DNA of 12,758 nucleotides, from IMG/VR virus record IMGVR_UViG_2636415500_000004; one strand, written 5' to 3'. A model generated the notes under the pieces. It did no database searches and was not told where the DNA came from. It saw nothing but the letters and a program-made list of their open reading frames with translations. Every line of letters starts with the position of its first letter. The first letter of the stretch is position 1. Of this stretch, positions 1 through 7,736 are shown in pieces. Both the position numbers and the translations under genes were made by a program. The DNA comes from a virus. Taxonomy: Duplodnaviria; Heunggongvirae; Uroviricota; Caudoviricetes.

Positions 1-27
1 TTATGAGGGGATCTCTCAGCACCAAGC

Positions 28-47
28 AAAAAAGCTCCCGAAGGAGC
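28..47 (-). terminator. Candidate intrinsic terminator about 210 nt downstream of the cspI stop
   Basis: Minus strand reads AAGGCUCC-UUCG-GGAGC followed directly by UUUUUU: GC stem with UUCG tetraloop and U-tract. No hairpin seen closer to the cspI stop. Confidence 0.5.
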
Positions 48-254
48 CTTCATTTTCACTTTTTTAAATCCAACGACAGACGGCTGGCATTTAAGTATTG
101 TGAAATATTATCAAATGTAATCATCATTGATTTACAAAAGATACATTTTGCCCCGAAAGGATTCATGTCAGAAACATCAAAAGATGATGTTCTATACTGG
201 GAACCATGACAACACGGGCATCTAAAGTGAATATGGTTTGTAATATTGTCTACC

Positions 255-467
255 TCAAAGCGCCACTACATGAACAGCGGCAGGACCTTTAGGTCCGTTC
301 TCAATACCAAATTCAACTTCCTGATTCTCAGTTAATGTTTTGAAATCGTTGCTCTGAATTGCTGAGAAATGGACAAACACATCTTTGCTGCCATCTTTCG
401 GCGTGATGAAACCAAAACCTTTTTCAGGGTTAAACCATTTCACTAAACCAGTCATTTTGTTAGACAT
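255..467 (-). CDS. cspI: Cold-shock protein, CspA family (70 aa)
   Basis: ORF translation [21 protein letters not shown]...[10 protein letters not shown] carries the cold-shock domain RNP motifs (KGFGFI, VFVHF). RBS AAGG 7-8 nt upstream as in cspA-type genes. Assigned cspI by neighbourhood. Confidence 0.93.
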   Translation of the reverse strand: MSNKMTGLVKWFNPEKGFGFITPKDGSKDVFVHFSAIQSNDFKTLTENQEVEFGIENGPKGPAAVHVVAL

Positions 468-630
468 AATTATTACCTTTTGAAGAAATTAGCCCTTGGG
501 CAGAATGGTCCGAAAAAAAATATCAGAGAGAAAAACCAACAAGGAAATCTCAAGAGGTACAAATAATAAAATTATAACAATGACTGCTTCAGATAAATTT
601 GTAACAAACCAGAACACCATTAACGCATGA
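468..630 (-). promoter_or_regulatory. cspI promoter and long 5' leader (about 145 nt)
   Basis: Minus strand carries GCGTTAATG (candidate -10 at 619-624), the same motif found upstream of cspB and resembling the cspA promoter region; AT-rich UP-like tract further upstream. Long leaders are typical of cold-inducible csp genes. Confidence 0.5.
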
Positions 631-829
631 TTAACCACCCATAGCAAGGATTACTTTTGTAAAGAAAAACACAGCAATGAAAGAATAGCTTTATTTATTA
701 ATAAAACGTGTCATTCTGATTAAGACCTTTTATCTTACCCTTAAGATTTCAGGAATTTTGGCTCATGGAAGAGTCCTTTTTATTTAAATTTTACATTCCG
801 CGATGTAAATGTTCCGATTTAATATTACC

Positions 830-1853
<1,024 letters not shown>

Positions 1854-1857
<4 letters not shown>

Positions 1858-2165
1858 AGATATTTATGATGAGGACGCTCGTGCTTATTGGCAGGATTTT
1901 CAATCTTAAAGGAGTACTGATGCTGCAGATAAGACTCAACTTTTTCTGACAATTTTTCTGCTACTTCCAGGAAGACTTGCCGGACGCTCCTTCTGGCTGC
2001 TGCCTCATAAAACTCCAGCGCAGCTCCTTCAACACGGTCCATGGCGACATCCAGGTCAAAAATTTCACCGTCAAAGCGTTCTTTGTCCTGTAAGGCTACA
2101 GTTACCGTAACTTTATTCTCAAAATTACGGACTCCTTTCACAACCAGTTCATAGTCTTGAGTCAT
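1854..2165 (-). CDS. ydfR: Conserved prophage protein of unknown function (103 aa) between holin and endolysin
   Basis: Intact ORF with 4-nt overlap onto the endolysin start. Recalled as YdfR (DUF1327) from Qin. Confidence 0.8.
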
Positions 2166-2169
2166 TGGA

Positions 2170-2385
2170 TTACTCTCCTCTCGCAGCCTTACGCCTGTCT
2201 TCTTTAATCTTGAAATAAAGATTTGTCAGATACGTCAGCAGGCCAAAAACCAGGCTACCCAGCACACCGATTGCAGCCCACTGTGACGGAGTTACTTTAT
2301 CGAGTAACTGCAATGCCCAGAAACCAGCATTACCCGCCGATGTGCCATAGGCAACACCTGTTGTTAACTTATCCATTGATTTCAT
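2170..2385 (-). CDS. essQ: Class II holin / pinholin, S21-like (71 aa)
   Basis: Translation [28 protein letters not shown]...[10 protein letters not shown]: dual-start motif M-K-S-M, two TM segments, charged C-terminus. RBS GGTGAGG upstream. The ORF-track version (96 aa from 2460) is an over-extension. Confidence 0.9.
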   Translation of the reverse strand: MKSMDKLTTGVAYGTSAGNAGFWALQLLDKVTPSQWAAIGVLGSLVFGLLTYLTNLYFKIKEDRRKAARGE

Positions 2386-2516
2386 ATCCTCACCCCGATG
2401 TACACGGATGGTGCAATATGTTTGAAAAGATCGGAGTCTACGGGGTAGTTTTGACAGCACACGTTGTTCTCAACGGCGCTAAAAAAACATACACATTAAA
2501 AATGTGGGTAATTATT

Positions 2517-2545
2517 TTGAAAGAAAGTCATATATAAAATAATAA
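2517..2545 (+). promoter_or_regulatory. Candidate sigma-70 promoter for the zinc-ribbon mini-protein
   Basis: TTGAAA (2517-2522), 17-nt spacer, TAATAA (2540-2545). AT-rich region, so chance matches are plausible. Confidence 0.3.
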
Positions 2546-2604
2546 TACGAGAAATGTTTTCATATTTAGTGTACTGTATACGGCCATTTATACAGGAAAA
2601 GCCT

Positions 2605-2775
2605 ATGTCAGAACGTAAAAACTCAAAATCACGCCGTAATTATCTCGTTAAATGTTCCTGCCCAAACTGCACCCAAGAGTCAGAACACAGTTTTTCAAGA
2701 GTACAAAAAGGTGCCCTTTTGATCTGCCCTCATTGCAACAAAGTATTCCAGACAAATCTTAAAGCTGTAGCCTGA
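2605..2775 (+). CDS. ynfU: Small zinc-ribbon protein (56 aa)
   Basis: MSERKNSKSRRNYLVKCSCPNCTQ...LICPHCNKVF: two Cys pairs (CPNC, CPHC) about 22 residues apart. Good RBS AGGAAA 7 nt upstream of ATG 2605. Length and motif fit my recollection of the Qin small protein YnfU. The longer 73-aa track ORF from 2554 lacks an RBS. Confidence 0.65.
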   Translation: MSERKNSKSRRNYLVKCSCPNCTQESEHSFSRVQKGALLICPHCNKVFQTNLKAVA

Positions 2776-2834
2776 TTGATTTTATTAGTAACAAGTATTT
2801 TTTATATTTTAATAATATATTTAAAGCAGATAAT

Positions 2835-2857
2835 AAAAAACCCGCCTGAGCGGGTTT
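2835..2857 (-). terminator. Intrinsic terminator, strong on the minus strand (likely ends the cspB transcript), weaker on plus
   Basis: AAAAAACCCGC-CTGA-GCGGGTTT; minus-strand reading gives the stem followed by UUUUUUAUU. Confidence 0.6.
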
Positions 2858-3138
2858 GAGATTGTGGTGCTTTTTGTGGGAGTCATCCACTTACGCACTT
2901 TGTTTTGCCATGCCAGCAGTTAGCTTCTGCTGTAAAACTATTCATGCAGCAAACCTGCACTTCACCACAATGGTTAGCATACTTTTCCTGATTAAGATTT
3001 TGCCAAATATGCTAGCCATTGTTTCATGTATTGGACCTCCTTACTTTTTATTAAAGAGATCCAATATTCACTACTCTGTCCGTATCTCTACTCAGGCATC
3101 AGCCTTCTTCGTTATCGTATACAGACGAGCGATGAATT

Positions 3139-3354
3139 TTAATCAGTAATGATGACATTTGCTGCTGCAGGACCTTTAGCACCACTCTCTATAGAGAAGG
3201 TAACCTTTTGACCTTCAAATAAGGTTCGATAATTATCATTCTGAATCGCAGAAAAATGCACAAACACATCTTTACTACCATCAACAGGAGAAATAAAGCC
3301 GAAACCTTTATCAGCGTTAAACCATTTTACTAAACCAGTCATTTTATTTGACAT
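3139..3354 (-). CDS. cspB: Cold-shock protein, CspA family (71 aa)
   Basis: [38 protein letters not shown]... with cold-shock domain motifs. Long upstream leader. Divergent from cspF. Confidence 0.93.
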   Translation of the reverse strand: MSNKMTGLVKWFNADKGFGFISPVDGSKDVFVHFSAIQNDNYRTLFEGQKVTFSIESGAKGPAAANVIITD

Positions 3355-3560
3355 TCTACATTCCTTAACTTGAGCCTTTCGGCATAAATGGTTTGCATAA
3401 CAGAAACGACTTCGTACTTAATTGGAGAGACTCAAAGAAGGAATAAGTGAATAACACCTGAAATGAGAACTGCTTTAGTAAACTACTTCGTATATCGTCT
3501 GTTCTTCAAACCGACGCAATCATTAACGCATAGTTGAACATATGAAGCAATGTTTATTTT
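3355..3560 (-). promoter_or_regulatory. cspB promoter and long 5' leader (about 160 nt)
   Basis: Minus strand has GCGTTAATG (candidate -10 at 3522-3527) followed by GGTTTGAAGAACAGACG, resembling the cspA cold-box region GGTTTGACGTACAGA. Confidence 0.55.
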
Positions 3561-3654
3561 AGACATCCAGCCATCTTCAACCCCATCAAAAAACTATAGC
3601 TTTCTTCAGGAACGTGTGTATAGTGCGCCAAGTTATCAGTATTAAGGAATTTTT

Positions 3655-3867
3655 TTGTCCCGTAAAATGACAGGAATTGTCAAAACCTTTGACGGCAAAA
3701 GCGGCAAGGGTCTTATCACCCCATCCGATGGTCGTATCGATGTCCAGCTTCATGTTTCAGCGCTCAATCTCCGCGATGCAGAAGAAATTACCACCGGATT
3801 ACGCGTGGAATTTTGCCGGATAAATGGTCTGCGTGGCCCTTCAGCTGCCAATGTTTACCTTTCATGA
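3655..3867 (+). CDS. cspF: Cold-shock domain protein, divergent CspF/CspH-type (70 aa), probable TTG start
   Basis: [27 protein letters not shown]...[21 protein letters not shown] is 6 nt before TTG at 3655; the first ATG (3667) has no RBS. Short leader, unlike cspB and cspI. Confidence 0.88.
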
Positions 3868-3921
3868 GCTATATTAAAGCTTTAATTTCAGGCCCCATCG
3901 GATCACACATGGAGAGTTTTT

Positions 3922-4011
3922 ATGAATAACCCCGTCTGTCTTGATGACTGGTTGATTGGCTTTAAAAGCTTATGCTGTACTTTGGCCGTAATAGCTCTGC
4001 TAATAATATAA
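3922..4011 (+). CDS. Candidate small hydrophobic protein (29 aa), [29 protein letters not shown]
   Basis: ATG preceded by GGAGAG with 7-nt spacing; one TM-like hydrophobic C-terminal segment. Lies 55 nt downstream of cspF on the same strand, before the terminator at 4153-4185. Confidence 0.35.
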
Positions 4012-4152
4012 TAAGCAGACTCATTGTGTTTAGGGACATTGTACTGGAAGAAAACATTTTAAACATCAGGCAAATAACCAAGTCACCAGCTAAATAATAA
4101 GTTAACAGACATGAGTCCCGGGATGAGATTCAACATTACCATTGCCCCATTT

Positions 4153-4185
4153 AAAGCACAAAACCCGCTCATCAGCGGGTTTTCT
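4153..4185. terminator. Bidirectional intrinsic terminator; on the minus strand a candidate tR'-like late terminator
   Basis: CCCGCT-CATC-AGCGGG stem with U-tracts on both sides: plus TTTTCTACTTTTTCTT, minus UUUUGUGCUUU. Confidence 0.6.
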
Positions 4186-4228
4186 ACTTTTTCTTAACGT
4201 CGGGTATACAAAGCCCATCGTTGAAAAA

Positions 4229-4257
4229 ATTTTATCCATATTTTTTGAAAAATGCAA
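4229..4257 (-). promoter_or_regulatory. Candidate late promoter (pR'-like) just downstream of the Q-like gene
   Basis: Minus strand TTGCAT (4252-4257), 17-nt spacer, TAAAAT (4229-4234). Sits about 35 nt after the quuQ stop and about 45 nt before the terminator at 4153-4180. Confidence 0.4.
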
Positions 4258-4288
4258 ACATCATGTCGCCATCTTCAGCAAAAATCAT

Positions 4289-5041
4289 TTATCTCGTCAC
4301 CTTCCTCAATTGCGCTTCCGCGTATGCTTCTTCCTGCCAGCACTTTGTTACCAGTTTACCAATGACGTCCGCATACCCCTTATACCACTGATAATCGGTC
4401 AGGTCTGGTACCAGCTTCTGGACATGACGTCGTGCCAGCGTGGTCGGTAAACGACTAAACCGGTTTCCATTACAACGCCCACAAATCTTATATACCGGTA
4501 CGCCATGAAACCGGGTTCTTTTTTCATCCAGAACAATCCCTTTACCCTTACACCCTCTGCACGCTGTGCTGGCTTCGCCCTTACCATGGCAATGCTGACA
4601 TAGTTCCTTCACCCATTCTTCCTTGATTACAGATTCCCCGCGTCTGTAGTGTTTCACCACTTCGCGCAATACATTATAAAATCCCGTACCTGAACAATGC
4701 TCACAGCGAGCCTTACTTGCCGCAGACCTGGAGTAATCAGCAAAGGCAAAACTCACGAGGTAAGGAATAATCTGTAACCGGATTTCTTCACTCAATTTGT
4801 TCAATGTCGGGTTATCCAGTGCCATCGCGTAATTTAGCAGGCCTTCAATCGCAAACTGAGGGTCCTGAACACCAACTTTTGCCAGAAATAAGGCCAACCC
4901 AAGTGGTGCTTTCGACTGCACCATCCCCTGCGCTGCCATTACATCCGTAATTGTTAAACAACCGGTGCCTGTCGCTGGAGCGTCATCGCTCAATTTTGGA
5001 GATTTTGGGGAGTAATATTTTGGTAAGGCTTCAAGGTTCAT
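4289..5041 (-). CDS. quuQ: Putative late-gene antiterminator Q-like protein (250 aa) with four CxxCxGxG zinc-finger repeats
   Basis: Start at ATG 5041 (MNLEALPK...) with RBS GGAG 7 nt upstream; the track start at 5071 would overlap ydfU. Motifs CEHCSGTG, CQHCHGKG, CRGCKGKG, CGRCNGN. Position upstream of the late promoter and lysis genes. Confidence 0.85.
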   Translation of the reverse strand: MNLEALPKYYSPKSPKLSDDAPATGTGCLTITDVMAAQGMVQSKAPLGLALFLAKVGVQDPQFAIEGLLNYAMALDNPTLNKLSEEIRLQIIPYLVSFAFADYSRSAASKARCEHCSGTGFYNVLREVVKHYRRGESVIKEEWVKELCQHCHGKGEASTACRGCKGKGIVLDEKRTRFHGVPVYKICGRCNGNRFSRLPTTLARRHVQKLVPDLTDYQWYKGYADVIGKLVTKCWQEEAYAEAQLRKVTR

Positions 5042-5054
5042 GCTCGTTCTCCAC

Positions 5055-6104
5055 TTACGCCAGTACGCCAATTGCCAGCGCGCGATCGATAAAACGAAAT
5101 ATCAGCTCCAGTTGGGAGCCATACTTATCTTCAAATGCCACTGTATCCGTATGCAGCTCGTTGTGATGCTTTCTGCACAAAGGCAACACAAAGAGATCAT
5201 GTGCTTTTGTTCCCATTCCGCCCTGCCCGTGACCAATCAGATGATGCGGATCGTCGGCTGGCATACCGCAGCAAGCACACGGCTGTGTCTTAACCCAACG
5301 TGTGTATTTCTCCTTAACCCAGCGGCGACGTTTAGGCAGCTTCATGAAAGATTCCGGAGACTCTGGATCAACGGTGATGCTTACCACCGTCTTTTCCTGT
5401 GGTGATTTTTGTTGCTGGTGGGCGTAAGGCAACGGTGCAAGATTTTTTGTGCGTTGTTTCAATATGCTGGTGGCGGTCTGCTCTCCCGGTACGATGTCGC
5501 TTTCGCGGTACACCGAGCAGATTTTTTCCGCTGGTAATCCCAGCGAACGACGCGATACAGCCTCAGGTAGTGCATCCACCACCTGATTGCAGACCGCCCA
5601 CCAGGATAATTCAGCCAAAGATAATTCCCGCTCCTGCGTACCGCTTATTGCGTGACGGATGACGTCAATCACCCATGCTGTCAGATTTTGTTGAGCAAGC
5701 AGCTCCAGTGATTCCGATGTCTGGTCACGCAGTTGGTTGTCGCAGTGCCAGCACAACACCATTGCGCCGGTACCATAACGGTGAATGACTGTTTCAGTGT
5801 GATGGTAATCGCCATTAGGCCACTGGCAGGATGTAACATGACGTAATAGCCAGTCGGACAATGCGCCAACGCCGCCAGCAGCACGAATCACCCGTTCGTT
5901 ACTAAAAAACGGCAGCAATGTTTTGTCTTCCGCCAGCGGCTGGCGAACGGCAGGAACGACTCCGGATGGCAGATTACGCATGCTTTTTGGTTCCGGTTCC
6001 ACCAGCACTCGAGGATTATGAAATATCTGTATGGATTCACGGCCCGGCTTAAGGACCACCAGCCCAAGCTCAGGCACCAGAACAGGTCTAAGTAATACCC
6101 GCAC
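5055..6104 (-). CDS. ydfU: Prophage protein with C-terminal HNH-like zinc-finger nuclease motif (349 aa from GTG 6104)
   Basis: C-terminus CACCGMPADDPHHLIGHGQ...LCRKHHNELH resembles an HNH (His-Me finger) motif. GTG at 6104 follows the TAA of the upstream ORF by 1 nt; the in-frame ATG at 6143 would overlap that ORF by 38 nt. Recalled as YdfU (DUF968). Confidence 0.8.
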   Translation of the reverse strand: MRVLLRPVLVPELGLVVLKPGRESIQIFHNPRVLVEPEPKSMRNLPSGVVPAVRQPLAEDKTLLPFFSNERVIRAAGGVGALSDWLLRHVTSCQWPNGDYHHTETVIHRYGTGAMVLCWHCDNQLRDQTSESLELLAQQNLTAWVIDVIRHAISGTQERELSLAELSWWAVCNQVVDALPEAVSRRSLGLPAEKICSVYRESDIVPGEQTATSILKQRTKNLAPLPYAHQQQKSPQEKTVVSITVDPESPESFMKLPKRRRWVKEKYTRWVKTQPCACCGMPADDPHHLIGHGQGGMGTKAHDLFVLPLCRKHHNELHTDTVAFEDKYGSQLELIFRFIDRALAIGVLA

Positions 6105-6105
6105 G

Positions 6106-6384
6106 TTACCTCCAGATCCGTTGCTGGAAAGTGCGGGACGCACGTGGTGGGCGTTCGGAATAAGGCAGCCTGACAGAGATTATCCAGTGCCGATAGTCGA
6201 GACTGAGAGCTTTCTTAACCTCGAACCCGCGCCTGCGGTAAGAATGAATCAGCCATTCGGCCTGTTCTGCAGTGCATGGAGGGTGCTGGAACCATTCAGA
6301 CTTGAATGCGTGAGAATACCGCCCGTGCGTGCAGGCAAGAACGGGCGAATTATCAGAATTGTAATATTTTGCGTTGCGTGCCAT
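6106..6384 (-). CDS. Hypothetical protein (92 aa) immediately upstream of ydfU
   Basis: RBS GGAGAAAA 7 nt before ATG 6384; stop TAA abuts the ydfU GTG. May correspond to a small annotated Qin gene (possibly ynfO), but I cannot confirm from memory. Confidence 0.55.
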   Translation of the reverse strand: MARNAKYYNSDNSPVLACTHGRYSHAFKSEWFQHPPCTAEQAEWLIHSYRRRGFEVKKALSLDYRHWIISVRLPYSERPPRASRTFQQRIWR

Positions 6385-6450
6385 CGGTTTTCTCCGGTGG
6401 CACGGTGTTACTCAGCGGGAGTTCAGCCCCGCGCAAGATTGTAGATGAGT

Positions 6451-6702
6451 TTATTCTCCTGAAAAAGCAGAAAAGCCAGCTTTTATTCCGATCTCTTTCA
6501 ATGCCTGTAATGAAGTGACAAACTCACCTTCGCGCAAGATAAATCCGTCCGTGACCCGAGCATCCACAAAATTAATTAACGCAGCCCCATTCTTTCGCAA
6601 ACACATAATGCGGTAATGACTAACAAGATTTCCATTTTCAACGCACACAGCATAGAGGCCATCTTCACAAAAAATTTTACGCAGTTCTTCGATGTTCATC
6701 AT
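6451..6702 (-). CDS. rem: Prophage protein Rem (83 aa), function unknown
   Basis: MMNIEELRKIFCEDGLYAVCVENGN... with RBS GGAAGGA upstream. Position between ydfU and hokD matches Qin. Confidence 0.82.
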   Translation of the reverse strand: MMNIEELRKIFCEDGLYAVCVENGNLVSHYRIMCLRKNGAALINFVDARVTDGFILREGEFVTSLQALKEIGIKAGFSAFSGE

Positions 6703-6820
6703 CAGAATCCTTCCGGATAATTAGCTCTCCCCTTTAAGGGACCATCCCTCTTATCCCTGCGCGCTACTTAAGTATTTTTGATTCTATTCCGGCACCGTCC
6801 AGAACTTCAAACGCGTTGAA

Positions 6821-6850
6821 AATAAAAACAAAAACCCGCCGAAGCGGGTT
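6821..6850 (-). terminator. Intrinsic terminator ending the relB-relE-hokD transcript
   Basis: Minus strand AACCCGC-UUCG-GCGGGUU followed by UUUGUUUUUAUUUUC; about 70 nt downstream of the hokD stop. Confidence 0.65.
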
Positions 6851-6918
6851 AAGTGCGGGTGCGTTGAGGATGCCTGCCACATCAGAGGTGGCGAGGGATT
6901 TCTCCCCCGCCGGGTCTC

Positions 6919-7074
6919 TTACTCCTCAGGTTCGTAAGCTGTGAAGACAGCGACCTCCGTCTGGCCGGTTCGGATTCGTACCTCGCAGAGGTCTTTCCTC
7001 GTTACCAGTGCCGTCACTATGACGGTTAAACAGATGACGATCAGGGCGATTAACATCGCCTTTTGCTGCTTCAT
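6919..7074 (-). CDS. hokD: Hok-family type I toxin, small membrane peptide (51 aa)
   Basis: Hand translation of the minus strand: MKQQKAMLIALIVICLTVIVTALVTRKDLCEVRIRTGQTEVAVFTAYEPEE. RBS AGGAGAAG upstream. Not in the ORF track because it is under the size cutoff. Confidence 0.9.
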   Translation of the reverse strand: MKQQKAMLIALIVICLTVIVTALVTRKDLCEVRIRTGQTEVAVFTAYEPEE

Positions 7075-7145
7075 AGCCTGCTTCTCCTGTCAACGCAAAG
7101 CAGAAGTGTCACCTTCGGTGCGAAACAGAGATGTCATGCTTTGGT

Positions 7146-7433
7146 TCAGAGAATGCGTTTGACCGCCTCGCTATATACTTCCGAGCGTTCTCTTTTCCCA
7201 ACAGAAATCACGAAAACGACAACTTTCTCGTCTATAACCTGGTATACAAGGCGATAGCCTGAAGACCGGAGCTTAATCTTGTAACAATCAGGCATACCAC
7301 GGAGCTTGTTTGCTTCAATCCGGGGTGACTCAAGTACTTCAACCAGCTTCTTTTTCAACTGTTCACGTACCGTCGAGCCCAGCTTTCGCCATTCCTTTAG
7401 TGCCCGCTCGTCAAAATCCAGAAAATACGCCAT
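7146..7433 (-). CDS. relE: Type II toxin RelE, ribosome-dependent mRNA endonuclease (95 aa)
   Basis: MAYFLDFDERALKEWRKLGSTVREQLKKKL...; start overlaps the relB stop by 1 nt (TGATG). Confidence 0.95.
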   Translation of the reverse strand: MAYFLDFDERALKEWRKLGSTVREQLKKKLVEVLESPRIEANKLRGMPDCYKIKLRSSGYRLVYQVIDEKVVVFVISVGKRERSEVYSEAVKRIL

Positions 7434-7672
7434 CAGAGTTCATCCAGCGTCACACGTACTGGCTTAGGATTACGAAGCCGTTCTTTCACTATCTCCACAA
7501 GTTCAGCATCTTCATCACTCAGGAGTGTCTGTTTGAACGGCAAGCGTTCATTGTCAGCGATATACTCGAGCATGAGACGAAGCGCTTCAGAAGGAGTTAC
7601 ACCCATTTTTTCAAGCGCGGCGTAAGAACGCGCTTTAAGTTCATCGTCAATACGCAGGTTAATGCTACCCAT
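7433..7672 (-). CDS. relB: Type II antitoxin RelB (79 aa)
   Basis: MGSINLRIDDELKARSYAALEKMGVTPSEALRLMLEYI...; ribbon-helix-helix-type N-terminus; directly upstream of relE. Confidence 0.95.
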   Translation of the reverse strand: MGSINLRIDDELKARSYAALEKMGVTPSEALRLMLEYIADNERLPFKQTLLSDEDAELVEIVKERLRNPKPVRVTLDEL

Positions 7673-7683
7673 GTCTTACACCT

Positions 7684-7736
7684 CTTGTAATTACAAATGT
7701 CATTACAAGTATCGCACTACAACATGCTTAGGGCAA
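7684..7736 (-). promoter_or_regulatory. relBE promoter with operator palindrome (relO)
   Basis: Minus strand -35 TTGCCC (7731-7736), 17-nt spacer, -10 GATACT (7708-7713). Imperfect palindrome CTTGTAAT-TACAAATGTC-ATTACAAG (7684-7709) with repeated TTGTAAT/TACAA units covers the start site. Confidence 0.65.

Noticed and set aside
3-209. 68-aa plus-strand ORF at the left edge
   Set aside because: No RBS can be seen (start is at window position 3), composition is atypical, and it lies in what looks like the cspI 3' UTR. The internal ATG at 165 has an AGGA nearby but would encode only 14 aa.
2223-2537. 104-aa plus-strand ORF antisense to the holin
   Set aside because: Antisense to essQ; no RBS.
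2574-2595. Possible LexA (SOS) box CTGTATA...TATACAG
   Set aside because: CTGT and ACAG are separated by 14 bp, not the 8 bp of the LexA consensus; kept only as an unassigned inverted repeat.
2992-3027. 11-aa minus-strand mini-ORF (MKQWLAYLAKS) with a perfect GGAGG RBS
   Set aside because: Too short to distinguish from chance in an AT-rich region; would need ribosome-profiling support.
2856-3149. 97-aa plus-strand ORF between the terminator and cspB
   Set aside because: Starts inside the terminator hairpin, no RBS, lies antisense in the presumed cspB 3' UTR, hydrophobic low-complexity translation.
4142-4587. ORFs at 4142-4450 (+) and 4399-4587 (-) overlapping quuQ
   Set aside because: Overlap the Q-like gene in other frames or strands; the first runs through the terminator hairpin.
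4951-6518. Plus-strand ORFs (71, 121, 87, 137, 70 aa) and one minus-strand ORF (67 aa) overlapping ydfU and its upstream ORF
   Set aside because: All overlap the long, RBS-supported minus-strand genes; Arg/Pro/Cys-rich translations typical of off-frame reads of GC-rich coding sequence.
7159-7179. Possible antisense sok-like promoter TTGACC ... TATACT inside relE
   Set aside because: Spacer is only about 9 nt, incompatible with a sigma-70 promoter.
6941-7690. Plus-strand ORFs of 73, 64 and 126 aa antisense to hokD, relE and relB
   Set aside because: Antisense to well-supported toxin-antitoxin genes; no RBS.
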